Below the pieces are notes generated by a model. It searched no databases and was not told the origin of the DNA. It worked only from the letters and a program-made list of their open reading frames with translations. A DNA stretch of 25,126 nucleotides from Actinomycetota bacterium (lineage in GTDB: Bacteria; Actinomycetota; Acidimicrobiia; Acidimicrobiales; Ilumatobacteraceae): positions 1 to 25,126 of the forward strand of contig SXWG01000156.1 of the NCBI GenBank assembly GCA_005789925.1, in the 5' to 3' direction. Positions 1-7,229 of the stretch are shown piece by piece (position 1 is the first letter of the stretch; each line of letters begins with the position of its first letter). The position numbers and the translations under genes are program-made.

Positions 1-131
1 ACAGGCCAAGGACCCTTGAGTGCTGCACCATTCACAAAGTGCCCCTCGGGCACCGGCATCGTTTGATCGGTACGACCAGGCAGCGCGTCGGCTGCACTCA
101 CAACCTGAGAAGGCTTTTTGGCGAACAGCAT
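1..131 (-). CDS. msrA: Peptide methionine sulfoxide reductase A, N-terminal part (runs off the left edge; not in the ORF track)
   Basis: Manual translation from ATG 131 gives MLFAKKPSQVVSAADALPGRTDQTMPVPEGHFVNGAALKGPWP. This matches the N-terminal arm of long-form MsrA (ADALPGR...MPV...H.VNG). A TAACCT -10 box lies 6 nt upstream. The catalytic GCFWG motif would lie beyond the window. Confidence 0.85.
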   Translation of the reverse strand, partial: MLFAKKPSQVVSAADALPGRTDQTMPVPEGHFVNGAALKGPWP

Positions 132-155
132 GGCCCAAGGTTAGGGCCATGCTGT
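125..155. repeat. Perfect 12-bp inverted repeat ACAGCATGGCCC-AAGGTTA-GGGCCATGCTGT
   Basis: Arms are 125-136 and 144-155. On the minus strand the 7-nt loop reads TAACCTT and one arm contains the msrA ATG. Confidence 0.9.
138..143 (-). promoter_or_regulatory. -10 element (TAACCT) of a leaderless msrA promoter
   Basis: TANNNT followed by 6 nt and then ATG 131, the same geometry as about 10 other genes in the window. Confidence 0.65.
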
Positions 156-185
156 CGCGCTGTCACTGTGGAGGGAAGAACTTCT

Positions 186-1031
186 CTAGGCGGCAGCGTT
201 CACTTGCGAACACTTGGCCCTTGCATCCGTCAAGGACACACCCTTATCCATATAGCCGAACACCCATTGACAGAAGTCAGTTCGAATGTAGATGTTCGAG
301 ATACCGGCCAAGACTGACGTCATTTCGCTCTTTGACTTGTTCGACTGCAGTGCAGAGCACACTGAGGCAGGAACGTACGCACCTGGCGACGGCATACAGC
401 GGCCCGACGACGAGAATTCACTTGCTGTACGAACAGGAACATAGAAATTCGCATCGGACACGGTCGGCATGTTCATCGTCGATGATGCCAACGTTGACGT
501 CGGTGCAACACCCACTGGTGCTGCTGTCCCATGAGGAACTGTTGACTGTGTAGTTTTTGCCGTCGTATTGGTGGTCTTATTGCTTCCAGTACGTGGCGTG
601 TCATCTTCATCGTCCTCAGCACTCACATCCGGAATGAACTTGACCATATAGGTCTTGCTTGTAAAGGCTTTTTCTTTCCCTTGCTTGACAGAAGTGGCGC
701 GATAACTTATTGAGCCGTTTCTCCAGTTGTCGTCCTCGTCATAAGGCGAAATCTCCCACGAGGCGACTCCCGATTTTGTCGTCGCCTTCTTTCCTGTCCT
801 CCAGGTCTTCCCCGTCATGTATTGAAAAACAATTGATCGAGCTGGGGCACTGGGCTTGACCGTCACAGTCATCGTGCAATCGTCATCTGCCTCGGTCTCA
901 TCCATCTTGAGGTCCTTGCAGCTGCCCGACAAAGCGACAGTGATTGTCTGATGAGCCGCCTGGGCCAGGCTTGGCAGTCCTATCCACGCCAATGTCGCCA
1001 CCAGTCCGGTGGCCAATAGCCGCTTCTTCAT
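186..1031 (-). CDS. Secreted hypothetical protein, 281 aa (signal peptide, beta-rich domain, acidic/Thr-rich linker, Cys-containing C-terminal domain)
   Basis: MKKR plus a hydrophobic core and an AQA-A signal peptidase I site. GGGGAGAG RBS before ATG 1031. Linker DDEDDD...TTNTTAKTT. Six Cys. No family recognised. Confidence 0.8.
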   Translation of the reverse strand: MKKRLLATGLVATLAWIGLPSLAQAAHQTITVALSGSCKDLKMDETEADDDCTMTVTVKPSAPARSIVFQYMTGKTWRTGKKATTKSGVASWEISPYDEDDNWRNGSISYRATSVKQGKEKAFTSKTYMVKFIPDVSAEDDEDDTPRTGSNKTTNTTAKTTQSTVPHGTAAPVGVAPTSTLASSTMNMPTVSDANFYVPVRTASEFSSSGRCMPSPGAYVPASVCSALQSNKSKSEMTSVLAGISNIYIRTDFCQWVFGYMDKGVSLTDARAKCSQVNAAA

Positions 1032-1041
1032 GACACTCTCC

Positions 1042-1067
1042 CCTTGTAGGTCGTACGGTCTACAAGG
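1042..1067. repeat. Inverted repeat CCTTGTAG-N10-CTACAAGG over the predicted TSS/5'UTR
   Basis: 8-bp perfect arms at 1042-1049 and 1060-1067, abutting the RBS. Confidence 0.7.
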
Positions 1068-1071
1068 TCAG

Positions 1072-1099
1072 ATAGTACAGCGTATGGCGCAGGGGTCAA
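1072..1099 (-). promoter_or_regulatory. Housekeeping-sigma-type promoter TTGACC-N16-TACTAT for the secreted protein gene
   Basis: -35 at 1099-1094 and -10 at 1077-1072, in the 90-nt intergenic gap. Confidence 0.6.
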
Positions 1100-1121
1100 C
1101 CCGGGGAAGACCAGGAAGGCC

Positions 1122-2363
1122 CTATCGGCGGGCCAGGTGGGAACGCTGGAGCTTGAGAAGGTCTCTGTCTCCCGGCAACAGCCGGAGTCCGGCCGTGGTT
1201 GAGATCATCAGTGCATCGATGTCTCCGTTGTCTTCTGCCCATGTGGCAACTTCATGAGCCGCGGCGATTGCTGTTACGACAAGTCTGGTGGTTGAACCAT
1301 CGAGATCGGGCCACGAATAATTGGTGCCAGCAAAGGGTAAATCGCGTACCCCTTGAAGCGCCGAAATGACATCATCTCGACCATTCAAAGGATCACTGAG
1401 GAACTTCTGTCTTTTTTGCACGAGCAGATCAAAATCTGAGCAAATGAATTCCGATAGAGGTAATTCATCAGAGAATGTGATCGGCAGACATTCATCACTT
1501 GCCCCAGCACTAATTTCACCTAGTGCTCTCCTGAGGTCTGAAACAACAGTCGAGAAGGTCGCATCTGTGCAGTTCATGTCCCACATTGCTGTTCGCGCTG
1601 CGGAGCGCCGCATGCGGTCACGGTTGAGAACGAGCCATGTCAGTAGTTCAAGTGCGCGCGCCTTTCGGAACGTTGCGGTGTTCCCTACATTATTTTCTAC
1701 TAGCGGATATCCGTACAGGCGAACAAGAACCATCCTGCGATTCACGTCGACTGTGTCGACAACAAGTTGCTCTTTGGTGTCAACTTCTTCATATAGCCGT
1801 GTCACGCGCGCATTGAGTTCTGGGGTCAGCTCAAGTTTCTTGTCCTCGGTTGACACCAACAACATCGCTGTCTCCACTGATTCCGGTGACAGACGCACCG
1901 GCATCTTCTCCGGGCTTGCTTCCAAGAGCTGTGCGTGTCTGAGCATTCGAATTCTGGCGAGCACCACGGATGCCGACAAGAGCCCCGTCACTTGCTCGAT
2001 GTGTGGTGATTGCCTTTGCATCTCAGGTTCACTTCGAGAACTTCCCGTGATCCGTAGGACACTCACCACCGAAGCGAGTCCGACCAGCGTCAACCCCACC
2101 AGGGTCCTTCCGCGAGCCTCTCTCATCGCGCCAGCAAGACCATGAACAGAAACGAGGTGGCTCACCTCGACAAACACTCTTGCTGCGACGATCAATATTC
2201 CCACCGAGACGGTGCCAGTGACCAGGCTGTCTTCCACACGTCCACTTTCCAGCAGTCGCTTCACTGATTCGCCAAAATCAGTGGTGAAAAGAACCAGCAC
2301 GGATTTGTAGAGAAGTGGAATCCAAGTGAGGACCCAGACGAGGGAAAGGACTGTGCGTCTCAT
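1122..2363 (-). CDS. Membrane-anchored SARP/BTAD-like transcriptional regulator (Tad-locus associated)
   Basis: About three N-terminal hydrophobic segments. The C-terminal part (LYGYPLVE...RALELLTWLVL...RTAMWD...VVSDLRRAL...SDFDLL...ALQGVRDLPF) resembles the winged-helix plus BTAD of AfsR/SARP-type proteins. ATGA overlap with the upstream TadG-like gene. Confidence 0.65.
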   Translation of the reverse strand: MRRTVLSLVWVLTWIPLLYKSVLVLFTTDFGESVKRLLESGRVEDSLVTGTVSVGILIVAARVFVEVSHLVSVHGLAGAMREARGRTLVGLTLVGLASVVSVLRITGSSRSEPEMQRQSPHIEQVTGLLSASVVLARIRMLRHAQLLEASPEKMPVRLSPESVETAMLLVSTEDKKLELTPELNARVTRLYEEVDTKEQLVVDTVDVNRRMVLVRLYGYPLVENNVGNTATFRKARALELLTWLVLNRDRMRRSAARTAMWDMNCTDATFSTVVSDLRRALGEISAGASDECLPITFSDELPLSEFICSDFDLLVQKRQKFLSDPLNGRDDVISALQGVRDLPFAGTNYSWPDLDGSTTRLVVTAIAAAHEVATWAEDNGDIDALMISTTAGLRLLPGDRDLLKLQRSHLARR

Positions 2364-2746
2364 CGCCCCACCTGCGGTGATGCGGAGCGTGTCAATGAGA
2401 ACCGTTTCCCTGACAAACCAACGAGTTGAAGGGTCTCGAACTTCACGAAATGAGTGACACTGACTGCGACGACGGTGTCGCTCACCTTGACCGTGCCGGT
2501 CACTCCCTCACGCCGGAGCACCTTTAGCGCGATGCGTCGGGCTTCAGCCCTGTCAACTTGGGCATCGTTAGACCTGATTGCCGTCACCTGTTGTGCTCCG
2601 GCACGAGCAGCATTCCCCGCGACATCGGCAAGGCGTGCATACTCAGCAACAAGGTGCCCAGAATCGAACGAAAAACCGACAAGAGAAATGAAGAGCATCC
2701 CCAACCCGGCCACGAAAGCAGACAACGAACCCCTTTGAGAGTGCAT
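2360..2746 (-). CDS. TadG-like pilus assembly protein / minor pilin, 128 aa
   Basis: Start corrected to ATG 2746 (GGAGAG RBS, 1 nt after the upstream stop). Sequence MHSQRG|SLSAFVAGLGMLFISLVGFSFDSG...AGNAARAGAQ is a typical Tad N-terminal motif. Confidence 0.8.
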   Translation of the reverse strand: MHSQRGSLSAFVAGLGMLFISLVGFSFDSGHLVAEYARLADVAGNAARAGAQQVTAIRSNDAQVDRAEARRIALKVLRREGVTGTVKVSDTVVAVSVTHFVKFETLQLVGLSGKRFSLTRSASPQVGR

Positions 2747-2747
2747 C

Positions 2748-3158
2748 TCAGCTCTCCCCACGAAAGATGTAGGTGTCAAAGACTTCGAAGGACGTCGCAG
2801 TCACCGACTTTGACCCAAGATTCATCGGACCAGCTCCTGTGTGTGGAAGATGACACCGCGCCCAGACGCGAAGGCCCCGCTGACCCTCGTGTATCTGCAC
2901 TGTCGCTGAATATTCAAGATGCAGACACTGGATGTCGAAGTCTCGACTCGATCGCCGCAGCACCATCTCTGAAGTTCTCACCGCACGTGACGGAGCCACT
3001 TGTGAGCCAGCACGGGCGGCGGCATTGACTACTTGATGAAGATTCGCCGACGACGTCGGAATCCAACCTGCGAGCGCGACGAGAGAGAGCAACGCGACCA
3101 ATGCTGGGATGAGAAGCACTGCCTCGGCACTTGCAGAGCCGCGTTCAAAAGATTTCAT
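2748..3158 (-). CDS. tadE: TadE-like minor pilin
   Basis: ERG|SASAE prepilin motif (G-1, E+5), a hydrophobic helix, and AARAGS. Confidence 0.8.
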   Translation of the reverse strand: MKSFERGSASAEAVLLIPALVALLSLVALAGWIPTSSANLHQVVNAAARAGSQVAPSRAVRTSEMVLRRSSRDFDIQCLHLEYSATVQIHEGQRGLRVWARCHLPHTGAGPMNLGSKSVTATSFEVFDTYIFRGES

Positions 3159-3559
3159 CGCTGAGACTCTGGAATGAAGTCTTCGATGGGCTTCTCAATG
3201 GTGCGTGAGACCACGTCGTCCACCCATGGAAGCACACGAGCATTCTTCAGATGTACCCGCACAATCACCGATCGTGGGTGAATGCTGATTGAAGGTGGTC
3301 CCGCAAGCCGCACGCCGATGTCATTTGACAAGTCCTCAAGTGCATTTAATGCGATCACGAAGTCACGACCACCAGCACCATGTGGCTGTACGACAATCTC
3401 AGCAGTCCGCTCGGCGAGCAAGGCTGCAGATCGAGATGCATACATTGTCAGAACCAATTGACACATGCCGAAGAGAACAAGCAACAGCAGCGGGAGAAGC
3501 AGCATGACTTCCACAGCTGCTTCTCCCCTGTCGCCGTCGTCGCGTGTTGTCTGACTCAT
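3155..3559 (-). CDS. tadE: TadE-like minor pilin
   Basis: DRG|EAAVEVMLLLPLLLLVLFG prepilin motif. ATGA overlaps on both sides. Confidence 0.85.
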   Translation of the reverse strand: MSQTTRDDGDRGEAAVEVMLLLPLLLLVLFGMCQLVLTMYASRSAALLAERTAEIVVQPHGAGGRDFVIALNALEDLSNDIGVRLAGPPSISIHPRSVIVRVHLKNARVLPWVDDVVSRTIEKPIEDFIPESQR

Positions 3560-3750
3560 CCGAGATTGAGTCGATTTGCTTTGTCCTTGATACGAGTCGA
3601 CAGTGTCGCTCCCACCGCAATCGCAAGTGCGATGAGTGCTGCGGCCATGACGACTGTCGTGGCACTGACTTCACCTCGCTCTCGATCCACTTCCAAGGAA
3701 CTGGTGAATCTGATCCAGTAGTACTGAATGTATTGCTTGAAGTCGCTCAT
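3556..3750 (-). CDS. Flp-type major pilin candidate, 64 aa
   Basis: Start corrected to ATG 3750, behind a strong AAGAAAGGAAA RBS. Leader ends in ERG, followed by a hydrophobic helix and a short basic tail. It lies between tadC and tadE. Confidence 0.75.
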   Translation of the reverse strand: MSDFKQYIQYYWIRFTSSLEVDRERGEVSATTVVMAAALIALAIAVGATLSTRIKDKANRLNLG

Positions 3751-3793
3751 GTGAATTTCCTTTCTTGTTGTCTCTCTATACGGAGATCTCTGA

Positions 3794-4486
3794 TCACAAC
3801 ACTCCGAGAGTGTTGGCGTAAGCCGGGTAACCGAGCAGGAGAATGAAACCCATGAAGAGAAGCACCATCGGAACTCCCATGCGCTCGGTCTGTTGCGCCG
3901 CATCGTGTTCGATCTGAGCCATTGAGCGCACCCGGAGGCTGGTTGCTTTCGCTGCCAAGGACTGACGTATCCGAGCGCCGTGTTCTCCCGCCAGCTGCAG
4001 TGAATTCGCGACGTCTACGAGTGCATCAACGTCACACATCTGCCCCACGTCTCGGAACTTGCTCCAGAGGTCGACTCGTTCAGTGCGTGCAGCGGCCATC
4101 AACTCGCGAAAAAGATCGAAGCACCACCCGTCACCCGAATCTCCCGCGGCGACGAAGGCTGACTCGATACCTGCTCCACCGGCAAGAAGGATGTTCACAA
4201 GGTCCAAGAACGCAGCGAAGGAATGCTCAAGTTGTTTACGGCGAAGTCGAGCACGGGCCTTGAGTCGCCGAGCCGGCTCGCAGCTTCCGAGGTACACAAC
4301 AGCTGCCGCAGACAAAACCGCCACGAACGGCACAACATTGAACAGATTTGTCATTCCTACGACCAGGACCGCCGCGCAGATAATTGAACCCACGGTCCAT
4401 ACCGTCACTTCAGCTGCATGCAGTTCAGGCGAATATCCGAGAATCTCGAGATCGGTGAGAGGGGCTTCACGATGGAACTGCATCAT
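3794..4486 (-). CDS. tadC: TadC-like platform protein (T2SSF family)
   Basis: AFLDLVNILLAGGAGIESA...SLQLAGEHGARIRQSLAAKA...MGVPMVLLFMGF. Start is ATG 4486 or 4483 after AAAGGTGAG. Confidence 0.85.
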   Translation of the reverse strand: MMQFHREAPLTDLEILGYSPELHAAEVTVWTVGSIICAAVLVVGMTNLFNVVPFVAVLSAAAVVYLGSCEPARRLKARARLRRKQLEHSFAAFLDLVNILLAGGAGIESAFVAAGDSGDGWCFDLFRELMAAARTERVDLWSKFRDVGQMCDVDALVDVANSLQLAGEHGARIRQSLAAKATSLRVRSMAQIEHDAAQQTERMGVPMVLLFMGFILLLGYPAYANTLGVL

Positions 4487-5195
4487 GCTCACCTTTCGCC
4501 ACAAATCTCACTGGTGCTTGAACTCGAGCCATCTTTGTGAGGAGCCACAGAGCTGTCGCAAACAGGGCACATAGGAAGATCAGCACGACAGCACCATCGG
4601 GAGTCGTAAATGGCTCCAGATATGACCTATTGAAGACGATCAGTCCGCAAATGAACACCGCCACGGAACCGATGACAATGCGTACAGAACTTCGCACGCG
4701 TGCACGACTGACCCAGATACGTAGGTTCATCTTGCTTTCTTCGCGCGCACAGTCTGCTAACTGGCTGAGGAGACTTATGAGGTCTCGAGACTGAAATCGT
4801 GTCGCTGTCACGAGTGCTGCCACAACAAGGTCACTCTGTGAAGTTGCGAGTGTGGCGGCAAACTGAAGGAGCGCACGCTCTGCCCCGAGATACTTTGTGT
4901 CGGCTGCCAACCGCTCGACTTCATGCTTGATTGCTCGCGGAGCAAGTTCGCCAGAGGCCATGATGGCTGACTCAAGCCCTCCTGCGGCACCAAGGGAATC
5001 GCGAAGTTGCTCGGTCCAACTAGCGATGGCCTCGTTGATCTCGTTTGGCGCTGGTCGTCGCCTTCGACTGTGGGCAGAATCTTCCGTCCGAGTTGGACGA
5101 CTCAAGAAATGCAAGGCCACCTTGTCCAGAGGCACCAAGAGGCGTAGCCCGGTTCCTACGACCAATCCGGCACACATCAACAAAAGAGTGCTCAT
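4467..5195 (-). CDS. tadB: TadB-like platform protein (T2SSF family)
   Basis: WTEQLRDSLGAAGGLESAI...DLVVAAL...SRARVRSSVRIV...YLEPFTTPDG. Start corrected to the ATGA overlap at 5195. Confidence 0.85.
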   Translation of the reverse strand: MSTLLLMCAGLVVGTGLRLLVPLDKVALHFLSRPTRTEDSAHSRRRRPAPNEINEAIASWTEQLRDSLGAAGGLESAIMASGELAPRAIKHEVERLAADTKYLGAERALLQFAATLATSQSDLVVAALVTATRFQSRDLISLLSQLADCAREESKMNLRIWVSRARVRSSVRIVIGSVAVFICGLIVFNRSYLEPFTTPDGAVVLIFLCALFATALWLLTKMARVQAPVRFVAKGEHDAVPS

Positions 5196-6499
5196 GAGAA
5201 CCAACGCCGTGAGTCAAAGCCGTGATCTGCCAGAAGTTCAGAAGTGGCTCCACGCATCGCTGCAAAAGGTTGGACAGGCGTCGTGTGAGAGAACAGTTCG
5301 TTGGAAATGATCGAGTTTCCATCGGCATCAACTACCTCACGAATTGAAGAGATTCGACGCTTGCCATCCATGACTTCGATGTGAACGACGAAATGAAGTG
5401 CACTTGCGAGGAGCAAATTCACCGTCTCGGTGGGAAGACCCGAAGATGCCATCGACACATACGCGGCAAGCTTTGGGAACACCGAGCGTGTGGAGTCCGC
5501 ATGCATCGTGCACATTGACCCGTTGTTCCCCTGACTCATCGCCAGAATCATCGGAAATGCTTCAGCTCCCCGCACTTCACCGACGATGACTCGATCCGGG
5601 TCCATTCGTAAGGCCATGCGGGTGAGAGCTGCCAAGTCAATCTCGCCCGATCCTTCAATGTTCGCCTCGCGTGACTGAAGCGCATCGTGGTCAGGGTGGA
5701 GATGAGCGAATTTGTCAATGCCTAACTCATAAGCATCCTCGATGGTGACGATTCGTTCAAACGGTGGGACTTCGTTCATCAGGGCACGGAGGAGAGTTGT
5801 CTTCCCGGAACCTGTACCTCCCGCGATGACTATGTTGCGGCGTGCGCGAACTGCTGCTGCCAAAAACGAGGACAATTGCTCAGTGAACATTCCCGACCGC
5901 ATCAGGTCGCTCAGATTCGACTGATCGAACTTGTGACGTCGAATCACCATCGATGGGTGTGTTGACACGTCCATAGTTGCAAACATCCTGGATCCATCTG
6001 GCAGCTGAAGATTTAGCTCGGGATGCCCTGTGTCAAAACGCCGCTCTGTCCGCGTCAGTCGGGTGGCTGCTCGACGTATGAGATCGATGAGTTCTGCGTC
6101 ACTATCGACGATTGGAGCCACCTGCTCGCGGTGACCATCTCGGTACTTCAACCAGACGGGGTTCGCTCCGCGAACGTGGATGTCGCTTATGTCGTCATTC
6201 TCCAGAAGTGGATCCAGCCGTCCGAGGCCGAGCACGAGCGAAACCGCTTCACTCACAAGTTTGTCCTCGTGGTGAGTGAGCAACACTCCTTCTATCGATG
6301 ATCCGTTCAGACGAAACTTGTCTAGCTCTGACTTCGCAGCAAGCATCGCCACCCCGTGCTCTGACGCCACGCTGGTACCGAGTGAACCCGTACGACTGAT
6401 CTCCAAGTGACGGTCGGCTAAAGCTGCACCGATACTGCGACTCAGATCGTCAACCAGACGTGCACGCGCCCGATCATTGTCCTCTCGCGAAGTTCTCAT
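5192..6499 (-). CDS. cpaF: TadA/CpaF pilus assembly ATPase
   Basis: Walker [10 protein letters not shown], Asp box [24 protein letters not shown] (Walker B), and His box TMHADS. Confidence 0.95.
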   Translation of the reverse strand: MRTSREDNDRARARLVDDLSRSIGAALADRHLEISRTGSLGTSVASEHGVAMLAAKSELDKFRLNGSSIEGVLLTHHEDKLVSEAVSLVLGLGRLDPLLENDDISDIHVRGANPVWLKYRDGHREQVAPIVDSDAELIDLIRRAATRLTRTERRFDTGHPELNLQLPDGSRMFATMDVSTHPSMVIRRHKFDQSNLSDLMRSGMFTEQLSSFLAAAVRARRNIVIAGGTGSGKTTLLRALMNEVPPFERIVTIEDAYELGIDKFAHLHPDHDALQSREANIEGSGEIDLAALTRMALRMDPDRVIVGEVRGAEAFPMILAMSQGNNGSMCTMHADSTRSVFPKLAAYVSMASSGLPTETVNLLLASALHFVVHIEVMDGKRRISSIREVVDADGNSIISNELFSHTTPVQPFAAMRGATSELLADHGFDSRRWFS

Positions 6500-7110
6500 T
6501 GCTTCTGTCCCACTATCGCGAGGTGCACTGAATCTGCTGTGGCCATTTCTGCAGCGAATTGTGACGGCACACGAAGAGTGACAACGGCCTTCGGTTGAAA
6601 CTCGCTTGGAAGTGCGACCGCAGAAACACTCGCACTGGGCTTGAGAGACAATGTTTCGACCCGCCCATCAGGGCGCTGAATTCGGACAGTGACAATGACG
6701 CTATGGCCGACTGTCACTGCCGGTGGGTACTGACCGTCCTCCAGTGCAACTGCAACAAGCGCTTGACTTGATGTTAGTGACGCATCTGGTCGCGTGAGAA
6801 GTGCCATGGGAAGTGGTCCGGGCTGTGCGACATCGCTCAGGACAACCAAGCCAGACAGATTCGAGGATTCGGAAGCATCGACAAACTGAGAAGCTGTGCT
6901 TTCTGGAACCTCGAATATGTCGAGATCTTCCACCGTTAGGACATGCCCAGATTCAAGTGGTCGGGTAGTACCTGCCACCTTGACTAGTGCGCTGGCATCA
7001 TCACGAAGAGCAAGGGCAGCAATGCCACCACCAAGCACGAGCGTAAGGCCCAGGAGTGTTTCAGGTCCGCGCCGGACACCCTTGGACAGCGCTAATACGC
7101 GCAGAGACAT
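6496..7110 (-). CDS. SAF-domain protein (CpaB/RcpC-like)
   Basis: One N-terminal TM followed by RPLESGHVLTVEDL (SAF-like) and AVALEDGQYPPAVTVGHSV. ATGA overlap with tadA. Confidence 0.7.
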   Translation of the reverse strand: MSLRVLALSKGVRRGPETLLGLTLVLGGGIAALALRDDASALVKVAGTTRPLESGHVLTVEDLDIFEVPESTASQFVDASESSNLSGLVVLSDVAQPGPLPMALLTRPDASLTSSQALVAVALEDGQYPPAVTVGHSVIVTVRIQRPDGRVETLSLKPSASVSAVALPSEFQPKAVVTLRVPSQFAAEMATADSVHLAIVGQKQ

Positions 7111-7229
7111 AGAAGTTGACCCCCATCATTGAACTTTGTCTCCCAAGTGTGTGGCGTCCGACAGTAACGATGGCAGAGAGCGATTACCAGTCGCCCCTCA
7201 ATCTTTTTTGCAAGAGCCTTTCAGCCCAA

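Noticed and set aside
173-7123. Imperfect inverted repeat (GGGnnnAACTTCT, 10/13) directly abutting both ends of the Tad unit (173-185 and 7111-7123)
   Set aside because: Only 7 contiguous bp match, it was found post hoc, and there is no transposase or target-site duplication. This is insufficient for a mobile-element call.
7170-7212. Weak hairpin plus T6 tract upstream of the Tad operon
   Set aside because: The stem is short and imperfect, and the T-tract is on the strand opposite to the flanking genes. I could not support either a terminator or a promoter.
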